Source of the DNA: Dendrobates tinctorius
Taxonomy: Eukaryota
Reading direction: 5' to 3'
Length of the DNA stretch: 64,000 nucleotides
Assembly: GCF_039654945.1 (NCBI RefSeq)
Contig: NW_027361771.1
Span: 36,642,001-36,706,000, forward strand
A model generated the notes under the pieces. That model had not been told where the DNA came from, did no database searches, and saw only the letters and a list, made by a program, of their open reading frames with translations. Shown here in pieces: positions 37,068 through 48,269 of the stretch; within the stretch, counting starts at the first letter, position 1; every line of letters starts with the position of its first letter. Both the position numbers and the translations under genes were made by a program.

Positions 37068-38037
37068 TCATCCTCCTCTTAAAGTTTGAATCCAGTCCTG
37101 AACAATTTTCTTTCCCATCGGGTTATGGCGGGGAGCAAAGGAAATCTTCCAATCGGTTAGCTTGTTCTCAGCCTGTTTGGGAGATTGGCAGACCACACCA
37201 CGACCTTCATAAGATATTATCAGCCTGACAGGATTGAATCCCCATTTGTATCGGATATGAACATCACGTAGTGCTTTACAAACATGAGCGAATTCTCGCC
37301 TCCTTGCCAGCGTGGACGCTGATAAATCTGGGAACACCTGTAAGCCTTGGTATTCAGCAGGGAGCTCAGGGGGTTTCCTCATCCCCTGCATGAAGGCGTC
37401 TTTGGTAGTATAGAAGTGGACGCGCGCCAAAGTGTCTCTGGGCAAGGCTGGGTCCACATGCCAGGGTTTGGGGAGTCTATGTATCCTGTCAATCAGGAAA
37501 TCCCTGGGGAGCAAGGTTGGGAGTACAGTTTGCATGAATTTAAGCAAAAAGTCAGCCAGATCCTTATCTGGAATGTCCTCCGGTATGCCCGACACGCACA
37601 TTATTCCTCCGTGATCTATCTTCCAGATCATACATCTTATCCTGGACCACAGCCATATCCTGTCTCAAAGCTTCGTTCTCATCCACTAGTGCATTTATAG
37701 TCTTGGCATATTCAGCCATCTTGCTCTCGACATGAGCAGTTCTCTCCCCCAGGGACGAGACTTCCCCTCTAATCTCTTGCAGCATGGACTGCATATCTTC
37801 CTTTAGGGAAGGACGAATGGAGGCCAGAAAGTCTCTCATGTCTCCTTTAGTAATAGGAGACAGGTTGCTGTGAGTCTCAGAAGCCCCCCTCCCCCCAGAG
37901 CCACCCGATGAGTGGGAGGAAGCTGAGGGGGAAGCCGCAGCCATTTTACCTGCAGCATGTGCAGTTTGTCCTCGGGGGAAGAAGTCCGGGAGCTACGGCG
38001 GGGAACTGCGTTTCTGCGCTCTCCCTCGGGTCATCAT
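37068..38037 (-). pseudogene. L1 ORF1p (coiled coil + RRM + CTD), disrupted
   Basis: ORFs 37564-37944 and 37068-37631 joined by a frameshift after RRNNVR; probable start MMTRGRAQK. Confidence 0.85.
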
Positions 38038-38269
38038 GTGCCCAGGACCTTCAAGGAGCCGTTGCTGTGCACAGGGAGGAGGAGAGGTAATATAGAGTGC
38101 TGTTATTAGCTGGTTTAAGTCCGGAGAAGCAGGAGCCTGTGAGTTATGTGGCCTCTCTGGTCTGCATGCAGGCCACGCCCCCCCATATACACACCCAATA
38201 ATGGGGCTGCCTGTCACATACACACCTGATAATGGGGCTGCCTGTCATATACACACCCGATAATGGAGC

Positions 38270-40800
38270 TGTTAGGAACGGCGGAACGCACTAACTAGAA
38301 ATAAATAAAGTGCGTTCGCCGCTCGGGGTCCACTGTGCAGTAGGTGTTACACCGCTGCTAGGTAATGACAGAGGAGCAATATGGCGTATAATGCACCCGG
38401 GTTCAACTTCACTCGAAGTGCGCAGAGCGGGCTCTGTTCACACACAGAGGCGCCGCAACATAAACATACAAAAACGCTGAACCTGTTAGTGTCACAGGCC
38501 TCAGGAAAATGCACACACGGTATCTGGTCACAGGAGCAGGACCTAAGGCAGAGGAGCTGCGTCCCTCTAGACCTACCGTGTGTGTGGCGCCGCTTCTGCG
38601 AACGCCAAGAAGGGCTGCAACTGCAGCGCGGCGTAGTACACTGCCGCTTGACGACAAAGCTAGAAAGCAGGCGCAATGTCGGACGCTAGCGTAGAGGTGC
38701 GGTGTGCACAGTGGCCTAAGGATTGCCACTGACTGGTGCTGACTGCTAAACTAATTCCCTATCCACATACGTAATATCAGAGGGAAGGGGTTTTATAATG
38801 AGTCAGTCACCAGAATCATACATCCGTGACCATTCACACATAGCAAATATAGTCTATACTAGCGCATGTCGGAACGGCCATGCGCACTTTTTATAGCCGT
38901 GCGGGACCTTCCAGATCTCCGAGATGGACCAATGAGATCTGGAACAGGACCTGGGCACATGACTCCCGATCTCCAATGGGAGATCGTCTCGTGAGCATGC
39001 CCAGTAGGAGCACAGAGGGACTTAGCCTCTGGAGAGGTCTGCTGCAAAGTAATCTCCTCTGCACTAGAAAGACAGCAGGAGACCGCAGAATGTGAGGCTC
39101 TGGATTCCTGAAGAGCAGACGCAGAAACCTGACGCCTAACATTACCCCCCTCCTAGGGCCCCCTCCTCTCTGAGCCTTCCAATCCACCAACCTGTGCCCA
39201 TCAGAGGCATAGGCCTCAGACTCGTCCGAATGCAAGTTTGGTGTCCCGGTAGGTGACACGGAAAACCGGGACACGTGGAAGGTATCAGAGGCGGCAAGAT
39301 CGCCAGGTTTAAGAAGGGACACGTGGGAGACCACGGGAGCGGAAAAACCGCCCGGAGCATAAGTTGAAGTGGGACGCCGCGGTGTGTTGGCGGACGTCTC
39401 CATTCTCTGTTTAAGGAAGCTTACCTGAGCACACGAGGCGCATGCCTGAATATATTTTTTAATGTCCCGAGCCCTGTGCGGCCACCAATACGACCCTGCC
39501 AGGAGTTTTGTGATCTGCATGTAGCTATAGTGACCACCCACCCTGGACGCGTGTGCCCACGCGAGAACCTTCGGCCGAAGGCGAGGGGAGACAAAGGTCT
39601 TGCCCGGCGGCACAAAGTTTGGCCATTGCGGGGCCCCGTTATCCTGGTAAACAGAGTGCTGACAGTGGCAGCCGCAAGTGGAGCTTAGCGCCGGACGCGC
39701 CTCGAGACTGGCGCGAGACACCTCCATGGGCTCTGGGAGTGAACACTCTGGCTCGGGTGATTCCAGAGGTTCAAAGAGGTTGGGAGCCAGAGTAACCTTC
39801 CGTCTGGATTGAGCACGCTCCGAAAAACGGAGATCAATATGGGTGGTAATGGCAATCAGCTCCTCTAGACTTGCAGGAACCTCTCTGGTAGAAAGAGCAT
39901 CCTTAACATGCTCAGCTAAACCTCTCCAAAACACATGGATGAGGGCTTTGTCAGATTACTCCAGCTCGAAAGCCAGTGTCCGAAAACGAACGGCATACTG
40001 ACTAACCGAGAGGGATCCCTGAGTCAAAGCAAGTAGCTGTAGAGAGGTGTCGTGCGTGACCCGTGGTCCCAGGAAGACCTGCTTAATAGTTGCTAAAAAC
40101 TGAGCAGCGGTCCAAACCTCTGGGTCACCACGCTCCCATAGTGGCGTAGCCCACTCCAACGCCTTGCCCGACAGCAGGGGAAACAATAAACCCACCTTGG
40201 CCCGTTCCGTAGGGAATCGCGCAGCCAGTAACTCCAGCTGGATAGAGCACTGGCTGACAAAACCCCTACAGGAGGCGCCATCGCCAGAAAATTTATCGGG
40301 CAACGGGAGGCGGGTAACTGTCGGGGCGTGGGAGGACGAGGACATACGTGAAACCGCCTCTGTGATCGCCTGTACAGCAGCCTCCGAAGACTTCGCCGCT
40401 GAGATAACACTCTCAAGAGTAGCCAACCGGCCCTCTAGCTAGCGAATGCACTGTAGGAATTGCTGCTGATCTGCCATTACTAGCCAGACACTGGCGCTAG
40501 TAGGAACGGCGGAATGCACTAAATAAAAATAAATAATAAAGTGCGTTCGCCACTCGGGGTCCACCGCGTAGTAGGTGTTACACCGCTGCTAGGTAATGAC
40601 AGAGGAGCAATATGGCGGTATAATGCGCACGGGTTCAACTTCACCCGAAGTGCGGGCTCTGTTCACACACACAGAGGCGCCGCAACATAAACATACAAAA
40701 ACGCAGAGCTTGTTAGTGTCACAGGCCTCAGGAAAATGCACACACGGTATCTGGTCACAGGAGCAGGACCTAAGACAGAGGAACTGCGTCCATCTAGACA
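38270..40800 (-). mobile_element. Miniature Ty3/gypsy (Sushi/chromovirus-like) LTR retroelement: 3' LTR 38270-39141, internal 39142-40500, partial 5' LTR 40501-~40800
   Basis: LTR TGTTAGG...CCTAACA; PPT TAGGAGGGGGGTAA abutting the 3' LTR on the minus strand; the second LTR repeats 38273-38570; internal gag and integrase HHCC sequence. Confidence 0.88.
38891..40477 (-). pseudogene. Single-frame Gag + integrase zinc-binding domain ORF with two nonsense codons
   Basis: ATG 40477; stops at 40439-40441 and 39956-39958 in one frame; PDKFSGD..CRGFVSQC, LLSGKALEW, SVSQYAVRF, PEPMEV, then AHASRVGGH..YWWP..CASCAQ, HVSLLKP, LVDWK. Confidence 0.8.
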
Positions 40801-42388
40801 ATCCCTGTAATTTCCACCATCCATTTTCCCTGTCCCTGCTGCCAAAAAACATTTCCACAGCATGATGCTGTCACTACCATGTTTCACTGTGGGGATGATG
40901 TTCTTGGGGTGATGAGCTATGTTGGTTTGGTGTCAGACATACAGTTTACCTTGTTAGCCAAAAAGTTCAGTTTTGGTCTCATCTGACCACAGAACCTTCC
41001 TCCATACATTTGGGTAGTCTCTCACACGTCTTTTGGCAAACTCAAAACGAACCTTACAATTTGTGTAAGTAAACGCTTTTTTCTGCCCACTCTTCCACTA
41101 AGGCCACCTCCATTGAGTAATCAAAAAAAGGCGATTTGTCTAAGCACATTATAGGTGAATGAACAAATAAATTAATATCTAAATTCACATGTACTTAGCC
41201 AATATGGAATCAATAATATATGGCAATGTACAAAATATTAGAGAATTGTATAAAGAAAAAAGTGCAATTAACACCACAATGATAATAAATGTAAGAGAAA
41301 AATTATTGGGGATTTATTAAAATGACATAAAACACACAGTTGAGCCATGGTAACAGATAGAAACACACTCCAAGACAGAGACTAAATAGATGATTTACAT
41401 TACATATGTACTGTATATAAAAAGTATCGCTGATGAGTAACAATAAAGGTACTGTCACACTTAGCGATGTACCAGCGATCCCGACCAGCGATATGACGCT
41501 GTCAGGATCGCTGGTGCATCGCTAAGTGGTCGCTAGTGAGCTGCCACACAGGCAGATCTCACCAGCGACATCGCTGGGGACGGGGGTCGCTACTTACCTG
41601 TCACACTAGGCGATCCGGCGTCCTCCCGCCCGGCTCCACGCTCGTCTCTCCACAGGAAGCCCAGCAAGAAGCTGACGACGAGAAACAGTCCTGGACGTTC
41701 TCGCGCGATCAGCGATAACCAGCGGGGGAGCGGGTCGTAGGTAAGTATCAGACACAGCGATATCGCTAGCAATATCGCTATAACGTCACAAGTTATAGCG
41801 ATATTGCTAGCGAAATCGCTTAGTGTGACAGACCCTTAAGGGATTAGAAAGACGGTGATTCTGTAGACAAAGAGAAAATAAGTGTAACAATCCTAAATAA
41901 CATGATGCAACTTCAGAAACGTATAAATCAATATGTAAAGTAACATGTTAAATTATTATTACCAATAGAGGAGGTGACTGTCAGTGTGTTTTATATTCAT
42001 CTTAGTAAATCCCCAATAAAGATTTTTTCTGTTACATTTATCATTTTAGTCTTAATTGCACAATTTTTAAAGCATGATTCTCCACCTCTATGGAGTGTAC
42101 GGCTTATTGTGGTCATATGGACGGATTCTCCAGTCTCTGCTTGGGAACTCTGCAGCTCCTTCAGGGTTACCTTTGGTCTCTGTTTTTTTAAGTTTTCTAC
42201 ATTACTGCTGACACAGGGCATAAAGGTAAAATATACTACATGTACTACAACATGCTTCCATGAGTAAATCCTTGTAGTTTGGCCACACAAATTGGATTAT
42301 AAAAATATTTAAACGCAGGCTGTAATATAACAGAAAATATAAAAAGCCAAGGGGAGGGGGGTGTTGAATATGTTTGCAAACCACTGTA
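40801..42388 (-). mobile_element. Degraded Tc1-like element, interrupted at ~41119-42081
   Basis: Minus-strand [50 protein letters not shown]; terminus ttgcaaaccactg+TA at ~42388; approximate TSD ccacctc.at.gagt around the insert. Confidence 0.65.
41447..41836. mobile_element. PIF/Harbinger-type MITE
   Basis: TIRs AGGTACTGTCACACT / AGTGTGACAGACCCT; TAA TSDs; inverted relative of 13536-13918. Confidence 0.8.
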
Positions 42389-42429
42389 TGGTGACATTAG
42401 AGGGATGATGTAAATGGGGACAGCGAAGA

Positions 42430-43960
42430 GGTCTTTTACACGAGGGGGGCAGCGGATAAGTCCTGTACACAATGGGGGCAGCGGATAGGTCCTGTACACA
42501 ATGGTTGCAGTTGTATAAGAGGGGGCAGCAGAAGGGTCCTGTATGAGAGGGGCAGCGGAGGGGTCCTGTATAAAGGGGGGGCAGCGGAAAGGTCCTGTAT
42601 AAGAGGGAGGGCAGCGGATAGGTCCTGTACACAATGGGGGCAGCGGATAGGTCCTGTACACGATGGTTGCAGTTGTATAAGAGGGGGCAGCAGAAGGGTC
42701 CTGTATGAGAGGGGCAGCGGAGGGGTCCTGTATAAAGGGGGGGCAGCAGAAAGGTCCTGTATAAGAGGGAGGGCAGCGGATAAGTCCTGTACACAATGGG
42801 GGCAGCGGATAGGTCCTGTACACGATGGTTGCAGTTGTATAAGAGGGGGCAGCAGAAGGGTCCTGTATGAGAGGGGCAGCGGAGGGGTCCTGTATGAGAG
42901 GGGGGGCAGCAGAAAGGTCCTGTATAAGAGGGAGGGCAGCGGATAGGTCCTGTACACAATGGGGGCAGCGGATAGGTAGGTCCTGTACACGAGGGGGCAG
43001 CGGATAGGTCCTGTACACGAGGGGGCAGCGGATAGGTCCTGTACACGAGGGGGCAGCGGATAGGTCCTGTACACAATGGGGGCAGCGGATAGGTCCTGTT
43101 CACGAGGGGGCAGCGGATAGGTCCTGTACACAATGGGGGCAGCGGATAGGTAGGTCCTGTACACGAGGGGGCAGCGGATAGGTCCTGTACACGAGGGGGC
43201 AGCGGATAGGTCCTGTACACGAGGGGGCAGCGGATAGGTCCTGTACACAATGGGGGCAGCAGATAGGTCCTGTACACGAGGGGGCAGCGGATAGGTCCTG
43301 TACACAATGGGGGCAGCGGATAGGTCCTGTACACGATGGTTGCAGTTGTATAAGAGGGGGCAGCAGAAGGGTCCTGTATGAGAGGGGCAGCGGAGGGGTC
43401 CTGTATAAAGGGGGGGCAGCGGAAAGGTCCTGTATAAGAGGGAGGGCAGCGGATAGGTCCTGTACACGATGGGGGCAACGGAGGGGTCCTGTATAAGAGG
43501 GGGGCAGTGGAGGAGTCTTGTATAAGAGGGGGTAGTGGAGGGGTCCTGTATAAGAGGGGAGGCAGCGGAAAGATCCTGTATAAGTGGGGGGCAGCGGAAA
43601 GATCCTGTATAAGTGGGGGGCAGTGGAGGGATCCTGTATAAGTGTGGGGCAACAGAGGGGTCTTGTATAAGAGGGGGGCAGTGGAGGAGTCTTGTATAAG
43701 AGGGGGGTAGTGGAGGGGTCCTGTATAAGAGGGGAGGCAGCGGAAAGATCCTGTATAAGTGGGGGGCAGCGGAAAGATCCTGTATAAGTGGGGGGCAGTG
43801 GAGGGATCCTGTATAAGTGTGGGGCAACGGAGGGGACTTGTATAAGAGGGGGGCAGCGGAGGTGTCCTGTATAAGAAGAGGGCAGCGGAGGGGTCCTGTA
43901 TAAGAAGAGGGCAGCGGAGGGGTCCTGTATAAGTGGGGGCAGCGGAGGGGTCATGTACGA
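42430..43960. repeat. ~28-bp G-rich minisatellite with 162-bp higher-order repeat
   Basis: Unit gggggcagcggataggtcctgtacacga / gggggcagcggaggggtcctgtataaga; marker atggttgcag recurs at 42501, 42663, 42825. Confidence 0.92.
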
Positions 43961-44292
43961 AAGGGGGCCTGCGAATAAAGACAGCAGCAGAGGCATCTTG
44001 TATATAAGGGGACGACAAAGAGATTCTGTATATCTGAAGGAAAGCACAGTCATTCTGTATATATGGGGGTAGTGGAAAGTCTCACTATGAGGGGCACGGG
44101 TGAGAACAAGCCTCCTATATATACGGTGACATCAGAGGGTTGATGTAAATAGGGGCAGTAGAGAGGTACTGTATATAAGGGGGCAGAGAAGCCATTATAT
44201 ATATATATATATATATATACTCAGCTATATACAGACATGTACCCATGATATGAATGTATACGGCTACATAATGACATAGATGGGAGCCGTAC

Positions 44293-44660
44293 CTACCACA
44301 ACCAGCACTAATTCGCTAGAAGCTAAATTGCACAGGGTAAAGGACCTTTCGATGATGTCATGACCATGTGATCAGTCACGTGTGGGAGGAGGGGGAGCCG
44401 TGTGGTGGGCAGTGACTCCCTTGCTATAAGGCGTGCTAGGGATTGTGGTAGTAACAGGCGCCTGCAGCTCACTGCTCAGGGCGCTGACAGGCAGCACTCA
44501 TTACCCACCAGTATTGGTGAGGACTAGTCAGTGACTGGCAGGCACAGGAGGCTGCAGCCTCCGGACAGCAGGGGCGCTATTACTACGGACAGGTGGTAAC
44601 GTGTTCTCTGCTCATGCTGCCCATCTCATTCATCTGAATAGGGCGTGTAAGAATCCTGGC
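44293..44660 (-). promoter_or_regulatory. Probable ZNF promoter and non-coding first exon (donor AG|GTACGG at 44293)
   Basis: GC-richer unique island; aggacctttcgatgatgtcatgaccatgtgatcagtcacgtg motif of the kind I associate with anuran ZNF 5' ends; E-box CACGTG; CTCF-like cagcaggggcgc ~44566. Inferred, no transcript evidence. Confidence 0.45.
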
Positions 44661-44696
44661 ACAGCTGCTGCTAGGTCACCTGGGTGCCTTGTTTTA

Positions 44697-45048
44697 GACT
44701 GTGTTCACACACAGCGTTTTTTTAGCGGTTTTTACCTCGGTTTTCACTATAAAACCGCTATAAAACCGCTAAAAATGAGGTGCACAGTCATTTCTATGCA
44801 TTTTGCACTTTTTGTGCACATTGATGCGTTTTTTACCGCGAAAAAAACCGCATCGCGGTAAAAACCGCAGCATGCACATTAATTTTGCGTTTTTTTCCGC
44901 GGTTTAGGCTTCTCCCATGCTTTTAGAAACCGCTGTGGTAAAAAACGCATCAAAACCGCGCAAAAACCGCCGTGGAAAAATAGGTGCGGTTTCTGGGAAG
45001 GGATTCAGGTTTTTGTGCAGAAATTTTCTGCAACGTGTGCACTTAGCC
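44697..45048. mobile_element. PIF/Harbinger-type MITE (same family as 3641-4018)
   Basis: Near-identical to 3641-4018; TTA/TAA flanks. Confidence 0.85.
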
Positions 45049-45825
45049 TAACTAGTGCTCAGTGCCGCACCGTAAAGCCGCATATGGTTTTACCACCAGT
45101 TTTGGTGCTAAAAGTAAAACAGTGTTGATGGCCGTCCGGCTTTCTGGCCACAGATACATTGCAATTCTTTAACATAGAAAACTTTTTGTTCTTGTAAATT
45201 TTAGATTCTGATAAATTAAAATGGCTGCTCTACAGGTGGCAATACAGGTGAAACATCTGTTTATTCTGCACAAAAATCAATTTCCTTGTACTTTCGTATG
45301 AGTTTAGCCTCAGAGTGTCGCAAATTATGTGTGACAAAACCCTGACAGCGATGCCCGCTGCTGTGTGTGGCCGTACCCTAATCAAATTCCCGACTGAAAA
45401 TGGGGATGTGTGAGGAGACAAGGAAGAATGTGAGGTGACAGTGGAGGGGGAATTTGTGAGGAGACAGTATAGGTGGGGAAGGAATGTGTGAGTAGGCAGG
45501 GGGAAATGTGTAAGGCTGGAATCACACTAACCTGCGCAAAATACGGTCAGTATTTTACATGCGTAATACGGATGAATGACCACTAAATAGTGCTCCGTAG
45601 GTCATCCGTAAGCAGGGTGAGGTCGCGTATTTTGCGCATGTGTGTCTCCGTATGGCGAAATTTTCTCGCAGCCTTGCAAAATGGACATTTAACGGTTTTG
45701 AGGCCTGCTAACAATTTAAATCATTAGCCTGCACCCTATTTAGACACTCAGAAACAGGTGGCTGCCTACATTCTGTACATTTCTCACCTTGCTTTCACGA
45801 GGTGTGTTGGTGTTCTTTGTGCAGC

Positions 45826-47342
45826 ATGGCAGAGGGTCTGACATTCAATACAACCGAGCAGGTTCTCTTTACCTGGCTTTTGTCACGGCGCTTTGGCCAA
45901 CCATATCCTGTGATAGTGGATCCGCGGAGGAGGAGACGCATGTGGGTCCACCCACTTTTGAGGCAACGACTCACAAGAGGGCATTTTCACCGCCTCTATT
46001 CGTCTCTGCGGGAGCATCCGGACAAATTTTACCAGTACTGTCGAATGAGCATTTCCACATTTGATCGCCTCTTGGAGACAGTGCGCCCTGGGATAACCTT
46101 TCAGGACACAAGGATGCGCAAAGCTGTATCTGCAGAGGAGCGACTTCTACTCATAATACGGTATGTACTACACAACCACATTCTCTATGTTCATAATGTG
46201 TGTGTTAATTTATGTTTTTTGGCCTTCTTGGACAATGTTTAATACCCTCATCTTACTCAAAATATGTTTCACCTGACACAGCAGAATGTTACATCTAATA
46301 TGTACTGCATATCACTTAGTCATTGTGCCACCAAATATGTGTGTGTTGTTATCTCTCATTTCCTACCAAGTTTGGTCGGCATGTAACTGATTTTTTTGGA
46401 CTTTATGCATTCTAACCTGTACTATTTCTGTTGTTCTACAGCTTCCTGTCCACTGGCCTGTCTTATGCCGCCCTCCACCATGAGTTTCTCATTGGAAAGT
46501 CCACCATTTCAGGCATAGTGAGGTCTACATGTGCAGAAATCTGGACAAGACTCCATCAGGTGGTCCTACCCGAGCCCAGGATGGAAGACTGGTTAAGGAT
46601 TTCAAGGGACTTTTAGGAGGACTGCCAGTTTCCAAATTGTATTGGGGCCCTGGATGGCAAACATATCAGGGTGCGTAAGCCGCCGAACTCAGGGTCCCAA
46701 TTCTTCAATTATAAGCAATACTTTTCTGTTGTATTGTTGGCTCTGGTAGACCCTCAATACGAGTTTATAATTGTTGACATTGGGGCCTATGGAAGGACGG
46801 GAGACTCTAGAGTCTTCAATACTTCCATAATGGGTCGGCGACTACGCACCAACCAGTTGGATCTACCACCACCACGCCAGCTACCAGGCTCCCCCGAACA
46901 ATCAGTCCCTTATGTCCTTGTGGCAGATGAGGCCTTTCAGTTATCACGCAATGTAATGAGGCCATATCCTCGGCGCAACCTTGACCACAGGCGCAGAATT
47001 TTTAACTTGCGCCTATCACGTGCTAGGCGACTGGTGGAGTGTTCCTTTGGGATTCTTTGTGCCAAATGGCGGGTACTCCAGTCTGCCATTCAGTTGAGTG
47101 AGCAAAATGTGAATGAAGTTGTGAAAGCCTGTGTTGTTCTGCATAACTTCACCAGGATCCATGATTGTTCCTCCTCTGATGGTGTTGTGCGTAGGCCGGA
47201 CAATGTGCGCAGGGTGAGACCACCTATCATCCCTCAACGTAGACCGCTCTCTGGCCTCAAAGTGCGTGATATATTCACGAATTACTTTATCTCACCTGAG
47301 GGGGCAACGTCTTGGCAAGAGAATGCTGTGTCTATGTTATAA
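45826..47342 (+). pseudogene. Harbinger (HARBI1/ALP1-like) DDE transposase; join(45826-46160, 46442-47342), one premature TAG at 46614-46616
   Basis: WVHP, YCRMS..TFD.LL, ERLLL.IR|FLSTG, FPNCIGALDGKHI, NYKQYFS, ADEAF, RARRLVECSFG; GT-AG intron in phase 2. Confidence 0.92.
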
Positions 47343-48269
47343 TTTCTTTTTTTCAAAGTGTGTCTAAATATATATTACTCAAGCCTTTTTATGATTCTAT
47401 GAGTGTTTCTTTGCATTGGTTGGTGTCTGTAAGTATGTTGTGATGGATAGTGAGAAATCACACAGAGACGTTAACTAGAGTCGACAAATTTTTAGTTTTG
47501 CCTTTTTTTTTTTTTGTTTTGCTTAAAGGCAAACATAATTTTGCCAGAACACAAATTTGGCAATGGCCAAAATGACCCTTTGGGCCTTCTTTAACTTGGT
47601 GTAACATTAACATTACCGAAAAAAAATGCACCAAACATTATGCAATAACAACATTGCTGCATGCCTACATTAACCTTGATTAGGCAACAAAGGGTGAGCT
47701 CCATCACCTAAATAAAGTCAATAAGATAACACTCACATTTCCTCATAATGTTTTCCAATCATAGAAAGATTCCACCATGACAGGCAAGGCTACCTCACAT
47801 CTTTCACACAGATATTACCTGTCTGTAGAACAGACAATATTTAAGCATGCTGTACTGGAAAGGATGACAATACAAAACTCACTTGTTAAGACATAGAGAG
47901 AGCGTGATATTGTGAATGCTGGTCGCCTCAAATTGGTTTACTAGAGAATGCTAATAACAAAGTTGACTACTTAACTAAAGTCAAGCACGCCTTTCCTATG
48001 CATTAGCAAGTGATTACTGTATTTTCATCCTTTCATGTCACAGTATAGCGCATTTAAATATTCTCTTTTATACACACATGTAATATCTGTGTGAAAGGCG
48101 TGAGGTAGAGTTGCCTGTCATGATGGATTGTTTCATATGTTTGGAAAACATTGTTTAAAAATGTGAGTGTGAAATTATGTTCTAAATGTTGGTGAAGGAG
48201 AACACCTGTTTTTTTTGTCTAGATTAGAAGCACCAGTTCCATGTAACTGGACATCTCCAAATTTTAGAG

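Larger units (their letters stand above)
33443..38184 (-). mobile_element. L1 LINE with both ends, ORF1 and ORF2 disrupted, internal ORF2 deletion
   Basis: 5' GGGGGGGCGTGGCC; ORF1 (DLEDRSRRNNVR, IDRIHR, LQVFPDLS); ORF2 APE (SLNVRALNS, CLQETH, GDFN, RIDH, SDH) and RT (PGPDG, FRPIALLN, DAEKAFD, GTRQGCPLSP, YSDD); AATAAA + poly(A) at 33443-33468; ~12-bp TSD catatacacacc. Confidence 0.93.

Noticed and set aside
38891-40477. Domesticated PEG10/RTL-like gene
   Set aside because: Flanked by LTRs and a PPT and has two nonsense codons in this copy.
42245-44053. Long ORFs (569, 463, 317 aa) rich in P/Y/T
   Set aside because: Translations of the 28-bp minisatellite; open in several frames, no domain or splice support.
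45826-47342. Domesticated HARBI1/ALP1 host gene
   Set aside because: Enclosed by TIRs and TAA TSDs with a partner Myb gene and carries a premature stop, so it is a transposon.
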